64,000 nt of DNA, taken from the human T2T-CHM13v2.0 reference genome, Homo sapiens. Of the stretch, positions 13,683-30,272 are shown one piece after another (within the stretch, counting starts at the first letter, position 1; each line of letters starts with the position of its first letter). The notes under the pieces were generated by a model. It did no database searches, was not told the DNA's origin, and saw nothing but the letters and a program-made list of their open reading frames with translations. A program made the translations under genes and the position numbers. The stretch lies in assembly GCF_009914755.1 (NCBI RefSeq), contig NC_060935.1. One strand, 5' to 3'.

Positions 13683-13688
13683 TTTATT
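13683..13688 (-). terminator. KIF18A: Candidate proximal polyadenylation signal AATAAA
   Basis: Plus-strand tttatt; U/GU-rich 'ggttgtcttttaagtttttt' begins ~15 nt downstream on the minus strand. Confidence 0.4.
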
Positions 13689-13869
13689 TTTTTAGAACAC
13701 AAAAGAAGAAAACAAAGAGTTTCATTTTTCTGCTTGCTGAAAGTACTTGGGTAAACTTAGCTTTAAGATGGGTCTTCTTTCAAAGATTTTAAATATATTT
13801 TTGAAAGGGTATTGATAAACTTTGAAAAGCAGATTTGATCAACTTCATTTTGCTTGGTTTTGAAGTGAT

Positions 13870-13952
13870 TTATCTTAGATTTCCTTTTGAAATATTTCTT
13901 CCAAATTTTCTAACCATGCTTGGATTTATTTTACAGATGTTTCTTTTATGTT
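13870..13952 (-). CDS. KIF18A: KIF18A last coding exon (exon 17 by recalled numbering): (E)[26 protein letters not shown]
   Basis: Acceptor ttctctAG|AA CAT; phase 1 matches the previous donor; TAA at 13872-13870; matches the recalled KIF18A C-terminus. Confidence 0.96.
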
Positions 13953-14932
13953 CTAGAGAAGAAATAAAAAGATGCATAAATATGGCATAAATATCATTCA
14001 AAAAGTTTTCATCGTTCAACTTATAAAAATTATGACCATAGAAAGAAAAATTTACTCTTGAAATTCATAGTTGTTAGTTAACATAATTTAAAATATAACA
14101 ACAACAAAGAGACATTAATACCTTTGGTTTAAAAGCTGTTCAAATTCATATTGCAAACTAAAGTTTCAGTGAGTGCGTGCACATACACAGACATCGGGTG
14201 AAGTCGCTGAATTAAATACTATGTTCATTTTCTTTCTTTCTGACTAATAAAAGACCATTTCTACAAGCATTTCTTCATTTTCTTTGTTGTATCACCATTT
14301 TTTCTCATTCCTTGGATTATATTTCCCCAGGGATTTAAACTTCCATATTTTTCCAATTTTAAAATTATCATTTGCATCTAGTACTTCCTAAAGGGCTGAT
14401 CTTAATCCTATAGCTCTTTTTTCTTTTACTGCCACCTCTCAAGTATGTTCTATTTATGCCCATTCTTCTGGTTCTTCATTAGCTTTCACCGTCATTTTCT
14501 ACTCAACAAAGTGTTGTTACAACAGGGTGCCATTGACTTTTTTCAGGATTAGTTTAATTGCTTATCCACTTTGTTGGCCATATTAGGTTTTAGTTTTAGA
14601 GGGACATATTCCCTTAACACTCTCTGTTATTTCTCTAACTGCTAAGTTAACAGGAGTTGCCTTTTTCCCTACTGATGGTCCTATGTTTCTTTATTTGTAC
14701 ATTGTTAGTTAGAAAACTGGTTTAATACATTTTTCACTTGAACATTATAATGTATATAAAATATCTTTCCTTACAAACTAATACCTCTTTGGCAAGCATT
14801 GTGGTTTATTATCATCTCCCACTTTTTTTTCCCCATAGTAGATATTTTTACTCACATCTCTTTATACATGAAATATTTGATGAATTTGTATCTTCAGATA
14901 ATAAGCATATTAGAAAAAGCCAAGTTCTATGA

Positions 14933-15236
<304 letters not shown>

Positions 15237-16410
15237 AATTTGAGAGTTTTTATAAATTTATTATTTGGCTGTAGAATTATGATTCTTGAAGAACTTTTTA
15301 AGAAGATCAGTGGGGCAGTACACACCTAAACTAACTACAGATACACATTTTTAAGCATTATTAAATACAACATGTCAAACCAAATGATCAAGGTAAATTT
15401 TGTACTTTACTACCTTACTGTCTGATGTTTCAATTTGCTGTCTGATGCTTCAATTTCCATTGAACTTAAGGTAAACACTGGCTACTACAGGAAGCAGGCA
15501 TTTACCAATATAGTTTGACAAAGTTACTGAGGAATTTTATATTACTCTAATCAAAGGGCATCGACAGAAAAAAACTAACAATAGCTTTCATGTTATCCTT
15601 AGAAAAATTATATCATGAGACACCTTTAAATTGCATTTGCTATAATTATCAGTTCCTATAGAGAACAATCAAACTGTGTCTTACTGCTCTCTGTATTCAT
15701 CACAGGACATGGTAAATGCCTAGTGAATAAATAGTTTCTGAATGAAGTCTTAGGAACTGTAGTATCAGAGACAGAGGTCTAGATGTTGGGGCCTGAAAAC
15801 TGGCTGGCATGATACACCACTAGTTTAACTGAAGTGGTTTTGTTACCATAAACTCATGTCACTCCCATATGCGGTTGATGGAATGTAGTATCTTTCATAC
15901 TGATGGGAAAGATCCATCAGTATCTTTTCCAACTTGCCAATGGGAGTTACAATATGATTGTAACTAGATACAGACTGGAATCTGTGTAGTAGTTACACAT
16001 TGAGTTAGAGGCCAAATTATTCAAAATATTACGCTAAGAGAAAAATTTAAAGTGGGTATAGTTTATCTGCAAAATACACTTAATTAGTAACATTAAGTAA
16101 TACATTTAGCCAATTATTTCAATTATTATGAGACAGTAGGGATAACTAAAAGGGTGTAGAAAGTAGAGTTTTAAGATCTGGTTCTTGAGTTTTGGCTCTA
16201 CCAATATAATATCTGTGTGATCTTGGGTAAATGCTTTTGTGTTTTAAAGTTTCCTTATCTATAATATGTGGATAATCATACTTGTTCTACCACATAGTAA
16301 AGGTGATGAATAAAGGGAGATTCTTATGAAAACACAATAAAAAACGTAAAGTACTATATGTGTGTTACAGAGTCATACCATTAAATATCAAATTAAAAGC
16401 TGAGACATAC

Positions 16411-16520
16411 CCATTGTTGGTTTGTTTTCTTGTAAGTGCTTCTCACTTGAATTATCTTGTCGAACACGTTTGGCAAATCCAGAATTTACGTCTGCAGTTA
16501 ACGAACTGTTTGATGTAGAA
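16411..16520 (-). CDS. KIF18A: KIF18A coding exon (exon 16): (S)[36 protein letters not shown](E)
   Basis: Acceptor cctctcaAG|T TCT, donor ATG G|GTATGT; 110 nt, phase 2 to phase 1, in frame with neighbours. Confidence 0.96.
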
Positions 16521-17520
16521 CTTGAGAGGAAAAGTTTTTAACTTAGTTAAGCATTTTTTTTATACCTCAAAGTTCTAATACATATTGTACATGCGACAAT
16601 GATTAAAGAAATAAAACACAAAAATATTAAGTTGTGAAATTTCACAGAAGTGGAGGTACTAAATACATTTTTGGCCCACAGAGAAATTTAGCTGTGTGTG
16701 ATTTTAAATTGGATATTTTATATTTTTATTCAAATTGAATGTTATGATTGTAGGTGTATGTTACAATTCTGTAGCAGAATATTCCAGGGTGCTTTGCTGG
16801 CAGATAAGTAAGCACTATTATTCAAAATGTAGAGATCAGTAGCACATAGTCACAAGAGGTTAAAAAAAAAAAAAAAAAAAACTAAGCTCATGTTACAAAT
16901 TTGGACCAAGAATCCTAATGTGAAAGGTATAAACAAGTGAGATTGTTTGAAAAACCTTGTTTTAAAATGAAAGCAGGGTAACAATAAAAATCTCTAATTA
17001 TTACAATCACAGAAACTGAAATAAAAAGAATGACCTGTTTTCATTTGCTCTAGCTTCAAAAATTTAATCAGTCTTACACTGCTGATGGTTCAACTTTCTT
17101 ACTCAATTTGAGTTGCCATATTAGTAAACACCTATTATGGCCTTGTGTTACATGATATACAAGTAAACAAGGCACAAAAATCCCTGTCCTAAAAACTTAT
17201 AGAATAGACATACAGTGGAGATGAGAAAAAAATAAGATAAATACATGAAATAATATAAGGTAAAGTAAAAATATAGTGCCAAGGTTTCCATAATACAAGG
17301 AGCTATAGATTCTTGAGTGTAGAGTAAGAAAGAATAATGGAAATTTTGTGGATGCAATGAATTTGATCTGGGTCCTGAAAAACAGCAATCCTTCCTAGTC
17401 CTAAAGAGGATCAATTTTTAACAGGTAGGATTGGGGGGGGTTGGGTGGAAAAAGAACATCCTTCCACGCTGATTCAAACAACCTAAGCTTAGGGAAATTC
17501 TGGCTAATAAAGATACTATA

Positions 17521-17848
17521 TAGTAATCCCCCTTATCGACGGGGGGGATATCTTCTAAGATCGCCAGTGGATGCCTGCAACCGAGGATAGTATCAAACCG
17601 GATATATACTATGTATTCTCCTACACATATCTATGATAAAGTTTAAATTATAAATTAGGCACAGTAAGAGATTAACAATAATAATAAAATAGAGCAATTA
17701 TAATTATAATTATTATAAGGTTATGTGAATGTGGTCTCGCTCTCTATTAAAATATCTTATTGTTCTACAATCGCCTGTTTTTGAACTGCGGTTGACCATG
17801 GGTAACTGAAACCACAGAAAGCAAAACTTGAATAAGGGGTGACTACTC
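17521..17848 (+). mobile_element. MER44A-like (Tigger7-derived) DNA transposon
   Basis: 'tagtaatcccccttatcg...cagtggatgcctg...aggcacagtaagagattaac...ataaggggtgactact' with inverted termini. Confidence 0.8.
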
Positions 17849-20805
17849 AGTGGAAGTAATGAAAATGACACAGTTTAAGAAGATAAAATCACAAATTTGT
17901 ATGCACAAATATTATATCAACTACAGTAGTCCCCACTTCTTAAATGGTGATAAATTACTATGATTCTGTTTTGCATATTAAACACACTTTTGTATATATC
18001 AGCTGTCCAAGGCAGAAATTCTTTTTTGATCATTTGGTGATTTTATTTTTTCAAATATAAAGATCAATATTATTAGTTACTTTTGATAAAACATTGTTTT
18101 TTCTTAAATTTATCCCAAAGTTGTCTTTATTATTTCATAGTACGATTATGCATTATGGCTAGTTCCAGGACCCTACTTTTTACTCATAGCATGTTCTTTC
18201 TTGAAAATTAGGCTTTTGAATAAAGCCATTTGATTAGAACTCATATTTCTAGAAATCAAATCCAACCCTAATAAATTGCGTATTTATATAAAAGTAAAAT
18301 ATACCCAAACATGTTTACGATTTAGTTAAATAGTCCACTGATGAAATGTTTAACATTTATGTTGTAGGTCATAAACTACAAAGACTTAAAACTGATGAGC
18401 GCAAGTTCAAATTATGTTAAAGGCTATACTGAAAAATCCAAAGACACTTCCAGTTGTGCACAAAACATATTCCCATAACTATAAATAAAGTTAAGAATTA
18501 ACCTTTTGCTCCCTTATATAGGTAGAATGTTTCTACTCAACATAATACCTCTTCTACTATTTTATCTGAAATAATTTCTAGTTGAAATAATTAGACATCT
18601 TTCAAAACAAAATAAAAGTGTATGGCAAATATGAAACTGCTTTGGGGTGCTCAGAAGATTGTGGACAAACAAAAAACCAATCAACCAAACAAATACAAAA
18701 CAAACAATCCAAAACTCTGATTAATATAATTGAGAAGTAAAAGCTAACATTATGTATGCATTATATTTAAATATTTGATAGGCTAATCAATTTAGTAAAA
18801 TAGTGTGCTAGAGAAATATTAAATAAATTGTTAAGATTAAAAATCTAATATACTCAATTATTTAAACAAATCTGTTGGGTAGGTTTTGGAATATCCAGTG
18901 CTTTCAAACTCTAATGCCATTTTATGCAAAATAAATGAAATACATATATAGAGAGCTTCCCCTTCTTTATTTTAAAAACTATATTAGAATATATACACAA
19001 CTAAATATGTATATAAAGCTGCTAAATGGAAAATACCACAGTTTATTACTCTGAAGCGCATGTAACTTTAATTGGGGAAAAAGAAGATTAAAAAAAGTAA
19101 TCATGTACATTTCTAGCATTAATCTCTTTTAACCTTAGTTAATGGCAGGATCTAATTACTGGTACCAGAGGGAATGTAATAGAACAATTAATAGGCTATA
19201 AGAAATCAAGTTACTTTCTTTACATGTCCTTTAATATTATTTCACAATATTAGTTGTTCATGTGGAAGCCCTTTAACTTATCTAAAATCACTCCAAATAC
19301 ACAATTCACATACCTGGACATTTCCTGAAAAACTATTTGATTTTATAATAGCTAAGTTCATATTTAAAAATTATTCTTATCTATAAACATTTGTGACATC
19401 TTAGTAAACACAACATACTACCAGTGAAGGACAAGAAAACTCACTAAAATTAATTAATGGAACAAATGACAAAACTGACACTATGCAAATTAGTGATAAA
19501 AGTAGACGAAACAGATGATTGTGGTTAGCTAGGCTCACTCATAAAGTGACAGACTTCTGTATATAAACCAGAATAATTGTACAAATCAAATTTGTACCTT
19601 AGCAAATATAAAATTTTAAATGTCATAGATGAGACATTTAGGAAAAATCCATAAATTTTAAATTTACACATTCCAAGTCTCTGTTATACTTTGTTTAGGA
19701 GGGACAAGGACAGATATTAAATTCACTTATGAGAAGATACTCTATGTAGCACAAATAAGTAGGCTACTTGTAAATTCGCTTCCTGTTACTTAAATGATAA
19801 CAGGCTCCTGGTGGAAAATACATTTAAAAAGAGTCATTTTAAGGTCTTCTATAAACTTTTCTCCCCATAATCACATAGCAAAGAAAAAGAGGTAGAGGAA
19901 GTCAGATCCATTTTATATTTATTGAGTATATTTGTCATTGCATTCAATTTATAGGATATAAAGAATGCATCATGAACTTCTAGTCATATAACTCAATATA
20001 TTTAAGATTTTTCCTTATCTTTAGTTTTTAGTTGTTTTACTACTATATACCTAGGTATGTTTCTCTTTATATTAACCCGGCTTTTGGTTTGCAGTGCTAC
20101 TCAAATCCATGGTTTAATGTCTTTTGTTAGTTTTGAATAAGTATTAGCCATCATCTCAAATATTACTTTTCCCTATTCTTTCTCTCACTCCCTTCTGAGA
20201 CACAAAATACATATTTTCTAGACTTTTAAAAATTGTGTCCCATGTCTCTTTCACTTCTTCCCATATTTTTATCATACTGCACATCAGTTTGGATATTTTC
20301 CTACCAGTCTATCTTTCAGAAAAAATTCCAAAACCTGAACAAATGAATAATAAGTAACAAAATCAAAGTCATAATAAAGTCTCCCAGCAAAGAAAAGCTT
20401 GGAATTTGATGGCTTCACTGCTGATTTTTACCAAACATTTAAAAAAGAACCAATACCAATCTTACTCAAACTATTCTGAAAAACAGAGGCGGAAGGAATA
20501 CTTCCAAAATCATTATATGAGGCCAGTATTACTCTGATACCAAAACCAGACAAGGACACATCAAAACAAGAAAACTCCAGGCCAATATCCCTGATGAACA
20601 CATGCACAAATCCTTAACAAAATACTAGCAAACTGAATCCAATAACAAACCTGAAAGATCATTCATCATGGCCAAGTGGGATTTATCCCAGGGATGCAAG
20701 ATGGTTCAACATATGCAAATTAACCAATGTGATACATTGTATCAATAGAATGAAGAACAAAAACCATATGATCATTTCAATAGATGCTGAAAAAGTATTT
20801 GATAA

Positions 20806-24360
<3,555 letters not shown>

Positions 24361-27300
24361 AACTCTCAAAAAACTGGGTATAGAAGGAACATATCTCAAC
24401 ACGATAAAAGCCATACACGACAGACCCACAGCTGGTACTATCCTGAATGCAGAAAATCTGAAATTCTTTTCTCTAAGTTGTGGAACATGACAAGGATGCC
24501 CACTTTCACCAGTATTTATTATTTAACATATTACTGGAAGTCCTAAGTAGAGCAATCAGACAAGAGAAAGAAAAGAAAGAAAGAACATCCAAATTGGAAA
24601 GGAAGAAGTGAAATTATCCTTGTTTGCAGATGACATGATCTTATCATATATTTGGAAAAACGTAGAGTCCACAAAAAACTATGAGAACCTAGAAACAAAT
24701 TCAGTAGAGTTCCAGAATACAAAATCAATATACAAAAATCAGTAGCATATCTATATACAAACACTGAAATAATTTGAAAAAAAAAGTAATCCCCTTTACA
24801 AAAGCTAAAAATAAAATAAGTAGGAGTTAACCAAAGAAGTAAAAGAGCTCCATAATGAAAACTATAAAACACTGATGTAAGAAAAGCAGATACAAAAAAA
24901 TAGAAAGATATTCCATGTTCATGGATTGGAAGAATCAATATTGTTAAAATGTCCACACTACTCACAGTGGTCTACAGAATCAATGCAATCCCTATCAAAA
25001 TACCAATGACACTCTTCATAGAAATAGAAAAAACAATCCTAAAATTTATATGGAATCACAAAAGACCCAGAATAGCCAAAGCTATCCTGAGCAAAAAGAT
25101 CAAAACTGGAGGAATCACATTACCTGACTTCAAATTACACTACAGAGCTATAGTAACCAAAAAAGCACGGGACTGGCATAAAACCAGACACACAGACCAG
25201 TGGAACAGAATAGAGAGCCCCAAAATAAATCTACATATTTACAATAAACTTATTTTTGACAAAGCTGCCAAGAACATACATTGGGAAAAAAGATAGTCTC
25301 TTCAATAAACAGTGCTGGAAAACTGTTTATCCATATGCAGAAGAATGAAGCTAGATCCCTATCTCTTGCAATATACAGAAATGAAATCAAAATGGATAAA
25401 AATTTAAATTTAAGACCTCAAACTATGAAACTGCTAAAAGAAAACATTGGGGAAACTCTCCAGGACACTGGACTGGACAAAGATTTCTTGAGTAATACCC
25501 TACACAGGGAACCAAAGCAAAAATGGATAAATGGGATCACATCAAGTTAAAAAGCTTCTGTAAAGCAAAGGAAACAATCAATAAAGTGAAGAGACAACCC
25601 ACAGAATTACAGAAAATACCTGCAAACTATCTATCTGACAAGGGATTAATAACCATAATACATAAGGAGCTCAAACAACTCTAGGAAAAAAATCTAATGA
25701 TCTGATTTTTAAAATGGGCAAAAGAATAGACATTTCTCAAAAGAAGACATAAATGGCAAAGAAGCTTATGAAAAGGTACTCAACATCACTGATTATCAGA
25801 AAAATGTAAATCAAAACTACAATGAGATATCATCTCACCCCAGTTAAAATGGCTTTTTTTCCAAAAGACAGTCAACAACAAACACTGGCAAGGATATGGA
25901 GAAAAGGGAACACTTGTATACTGTTCATGGGGATGTAAATTAGTACAACCACTATAAAGAAAAGTTTGAAGAGTCCTCAAAAAACTAAAAATAGTGCTAC
26001 CATACGATCCAGCAATGCCCCTACTAGATACATGCCAAAATGAAAGGAAATCAGTATACTGAAGAGATATCTGCACTACCATGTTTATTGCAACACTACT
26101 CACAATAGCCAAGATTTGGAAGCAACCTAAGTGCCAATCAACAGATGAATAGAAAAAGAAAATATAGTACCTATACACAATAGAGTACCATTCAGCCATG
26201 AAACAAGAATGAGACCCTGTCATTTGCAACAGCATGGATGGAACTGATGGTAATTATGTTAAGTGAAATAAGCCAGGTACAGAAAGATAAGCTTGGCATG
26301 TTCTCACTTATTTTGGGGAGCTAAAAAATAAATTGAACTCATGGAGATAGAGAGTAGAATGATGGTTACCAGAGGCTGGGAAGGGTTTTTCGGGAGATTG
26401 GGGAGGATGGTTAATGGGGGGATGCTTAATCTAAATATAACGAATAAGATCTAGTATTTGATAGCACAACAGGGTAACTACAGTCAACAATAATGTATTG
26501 TACATTTAAAAAATAACTAAGAGTATAATTAGATTGTTTATAACACAAAGGATAAATGGATGAATACTCCATTTACACTGATGTGATTATTACACATTGT
26601 ATGCTTGTATCAAAATATCCCATGCACCCCCTAATATATACACCTACTACGTACCCACAAAAATAAAAAGTAAAAAACAAATCCATCTTTCAGTTCACTA
26701 ATACTCTCTTCTGCTGTATGTAATCTGCTGAATTGATTTATTGAGTTCTTCATCTCAGTAAATTCTATATTTTCAGTTCTAGAATATCCACTTGATTAAT
26801 TTTAATAGAATCTGGTTCTTTGGGGAAGTATCTATTTGTTGAAATTATTACAGTTAAAATTTTTAAATTCCTATCTGATAATTCCAATATCTGCCTCACG
26901 TATGAATCACTGCTCCCATGATGTTTTTTTCTCTTAATTTTTAGTCATTTGGTCCTGTCTCCTGGCATACTTTGTAATTTTTGTTTAAGTGCCAAACATT
27001 GATGCAGAGCAAAGATAAATCACCTTGATCCAATCAAGAATTAAGTTGGTCTAAGGTCTGTTTCAGACTTTCAAGAACTGGCCTATTTCTAGGTTGCCCT
27101 ACTCCTAGTGAAACACCCTTCAGGGATCTCAAATAAAATCCTAATGTGTTTAACAGGGTCTTTTCTTCATGGTGGTCCCTGAACTCCAATTTTTCTGTGA
27201 AAGCCTCATAAGAACATCAAAACTCTGCTTAATACTTTAGCCTCTTAGCAGCTACTTTCAGCTAGGCATCTTAGCCTCTCATTCCACAAAGCTGAGAACT

Positions 27301-28056
27301 TGGCGAATACCTTGAGGACAAAACCTGTACAGAATAATTTTGTTTCCCTAGCTCAGAGTAAGACAGCTGATAGCTCTAAGTTTCCATTTTCTGTTCGGCC
27401 TCTATGCCTTATGCCATAAATTGGCAAATGCTAAATAAAAAACAGAGGCAGAGAAAGTCTAGCTGTCTATAGCATGTTTCTCTTTTCTCTGGGATCTCAG
27501 GCTCTCCATCCTGGCTATCATGGTTGTTCTCCATTGCCTTCAAGCAGCTGTTGGTTCTATTTTATGCACTTTTTACAACTGTTCTTGATAGGTAGCTTGG
27601 TCTGATACAAGCTACACTGTCTTAGGCAGAAATAAAAGTCTCTTCACTCATTATATTTTAGTCATATATCTTAATCCATTAAAATAACATAATTCTATGA
27701 TGGAAGAAATTTGGTAATGTTTAAAAAGGATAATGAAGTAAGTAGAAATAACGAAATAAGTAAAAATTGTCACCCCAGAAAAGTTAAAATTAAGTAGTTT
27801 TTGACAGAAAACTTTTCAATTTATTTTTAAGTCTGTAATATGAAATATTTTATAAAATATCAAGTGAAATACTTGAGTTTTTCAAGATCTCCCTTTGATA
27901 ATATAAATCCAGTACCCCATTCAGAGAAATTTATCCTAAGTATGCTTAAACATGAATTGAGAGTCTAATTATAAAAAATAAAAAAGCAATAGCATATAAT
28001 ATATAAAGATTATCTTATATAACTACAGAACCAAACCAGTTTATGTTTAATCATAC

Positions 28057-28164
28057 CTTGTTAATTTCCGTTTCCTTTTGGCAGCAGTAGTCATTGCCAT
28101 GTAGGATGGCACCATGCTTGGTACAGGCATAGAATGCTTAGTTGAGAATGAAGAAGGATCAAGC
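28057..28164 (-). CDS. KIF18A: KIF18A coding exon (exon 15): (R)[35 protein letters not shown](S); contains the basic NLS
   Basis: Acceptor atacAG|G CTT, donor ACA AG|GTATGA; 108 nt, phase 2/2. Confidence 0.96.
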
Positions 28165-28886
28165 CTGTATATTAATAGTGACAAATAAAAAATAATAATT
28201 TTGATTTGAACTATGAAGAGAAAAGGAAGCAAATGTGTCCATAATTAGAAAACCATTTGGTATTAATATATAAAGAAAAACATTCTGCTATACTGTAAAG
28301 ATTCCCTTGCTTGTCCTGGGGTATTCTTTTCTCTTTATAACACAGGTAAAGTTGCTATCAAGAGATTTCTGCATTCCCAGTGGCATAGAATAGTGAAGGT
28401 ATTTTTCTTTCCATATTTAGATTGGGTATGATTATGCAGATAAAGTGAGAAGGATATGTTTGCTTGGATGACACACATTCAACCATACTTTAGGGGTATG
28501 ACCATTTCAGAGTAAGTTGAGGTTTGCTAAACATCAATAGAAAGTGTGAAATTTCCTTCAGTGAAAATATTAATGAATAATAAACATGATAATCCTCCAA
28601 CAATAGCTTGTATAATCCACCTTCAGAGTAAGAAGAACAAACTAAACATATCTTAAGGTCTCTCCTAGACTAACGACGGTCAACTGACTTAAGATATCAA
28701 ATTTAAGACTTTAAAATATTTTGTTAGTGAATTAATATTCAGAGAGAAAGATAATTAAAATTTAATGAAAATAAAACAGACTGTTTTATAATCAAAATGG
28801 CACACTTGGTTTATGAAATAAACCTCAACTAATAGTTGAAAGTCTATGTTAAAAAAAAAGAATTGGCAAATATTATTTTTTTGTAC

Positions 28887-29334
28887 CGTTGTAAAATGTC
28901 TTTGTTATCATTTGGTAGTGATTCTTGTTCGGGTAATTTACACTTCGAGCTCTTGATGTCTTCACATATAGTAAATGTAGAGTCCAAGTCCTCCTGTCCA
29001 CATTCTTTTCTTCTATTATGAGGGATAGCTACTTCACACAACATTTTCAGACAATTATCACTGTTTATGTTTGAGCTGATAGCCTGAAAACTTGTAGTAA
29101 ATGATGATGGTTTCATTAAGGTTACTGTAGACGGATTTTGAAAAGCTTTTCTACAGTCTTCTGGTGTATATACAATAGGCTGAAGTTCTTTGCTAAGAGA
29201 ATCATTGAGCTGCACACTTTGAGATGGTGGAGACTTTAGAGTATGCTGTCCTTTCAAGGGAGATGGCATTAGTTTTCTCCGAGTTCTTTTTTCTGTAGGA
29301 ATCTTAACCAGATTAGTTCCACCTGAAGATGAGC
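28887..29334 (-). CDS. KIF18A: KIF18A coding exon (exon 14): (C)[36 protein letters not shown]...NDNKDILQ(R)
   Basis: Acceptor gaatAG|GC TCA, donor CAA CG|GTAC; 448 nt; overlaps ORF 28844-29269; includes the SP sites recalled as Cdk1 targets S674/S684. Confidence 0.97.
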
Positions 29335-29757
29335 CTATTCAAAAAAATAAAAAAAGACACTCGATAATGTTTCCTAGTTTTTTAAATAACCCCCATTACT
29401 TTTAAAACTAAGAAACCCTAATAATAAGGTATTTTTATGCCAATTGATAAAAATCTGAAAAATATAAGTTGGAAAGGAAAATATCACGGTTTACTGCTAA
29501 AAACTTTAAATAAAGATAAACTCATTATAAAGAAATTCTATAACAAAAGAATATATTGCTAATATCAATATTAATTTATAGGTATAGCTTTCTTGAGATA
29601 TTGGGTAATTAGGAAACAAATTATCAATCAATTCCAATAAAATTCACAATTTCTAGCTTTCATGTTTGATTTGGGTTTAAGATGAAAACAGTATTAAACT
29701 TTTATAGGCACAGAGGTTAACACTTGTTCCATTGTAAAATATTACCAGTTTATTACT

Positions 29758-29847
29758 TTTGTTTTGCCTTGTTTTTTAGATTTGCGGGTACACGTACAGG
29801 TTTGTTATATGAGTATACTGGGTGATGCTAGGGTTTGGGTGTCAGTG
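29758..29847 (-). mobile_element. ~90-bp L1 3' stub (L1PA15/16- or L1PB-like) with 14-bp TSD
   Basis: T-rich tail plus 'gggtacacgtacaggtttgttatatgagtatactg'; exact TSD accagtttattact at 29744-29757 and 29848-29861. Confidence 0.85.
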
Positions 29848-29958
29848 ACCAGTTTATTACTAATTGAGTGGAAGTCTAGTCTAAATGAACAAGAATGGCA
29901 ATAACCAGTAAAATTCTGGGTGAATGAAAGCATTGTTTCTGTTACAGTGTCAGGTATA

Positions 29959-30272
29959 CAGAGTTGACCCTCAGTAGCTGCAGATTCTGCATCTGTGGAT
30001 TCAACCAACCAGAGACTGAAAATATTCACAAAACAAACAAACAAATAAACCAAAACAATTAAAAAAATATACAATATAACAACCACTTAATGGCATTTGT
30101 ATTGTATTAGGTATTATAAGTAATCTAGAGATGATTTAAAGTACACAGAAGGATACATGTAGGCTATATACTATGCCATTTTATGTAAGGGACTTGAGTA
30201 TCCATGGATTTTGGTATCTGGGAGGGTTCCTGGAATCAACTTGCCTGTCCCCAGGATATTGAGAGAAAACTG
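29959..30272. mobile_element. MER2-type (Tigger) DNA transposon
   Basis: 'agttgaccctcagtagctgcagattctgcatctgtggattcaaccaacc...aagtaatctagagatgatttaaagt...ggatattgagagaaaactgta'. Confidence 0.8.

Larger units (their letters stand above)
13290..13869 (-). other. KIF18A: KIF18A 3'UTR (approximate distal end)
   Basis: Follows TAA at 13872-13870; minus-strand AATAAA at 13342-13337 and ATTAAA at 13312-13307, then a GU/U-rich tract (gtgtttcattttcttgtctc); cleavage position inferred. Confidence 0.75.

Noticed and set aside
28844-29269. ORF-track boundaries as stand-alone genes (also 28047-28232, 51561-51818, 61894-62097)
   Set aside because: They are KIF18A exons plus intron read-through; splice sites define the true limits.
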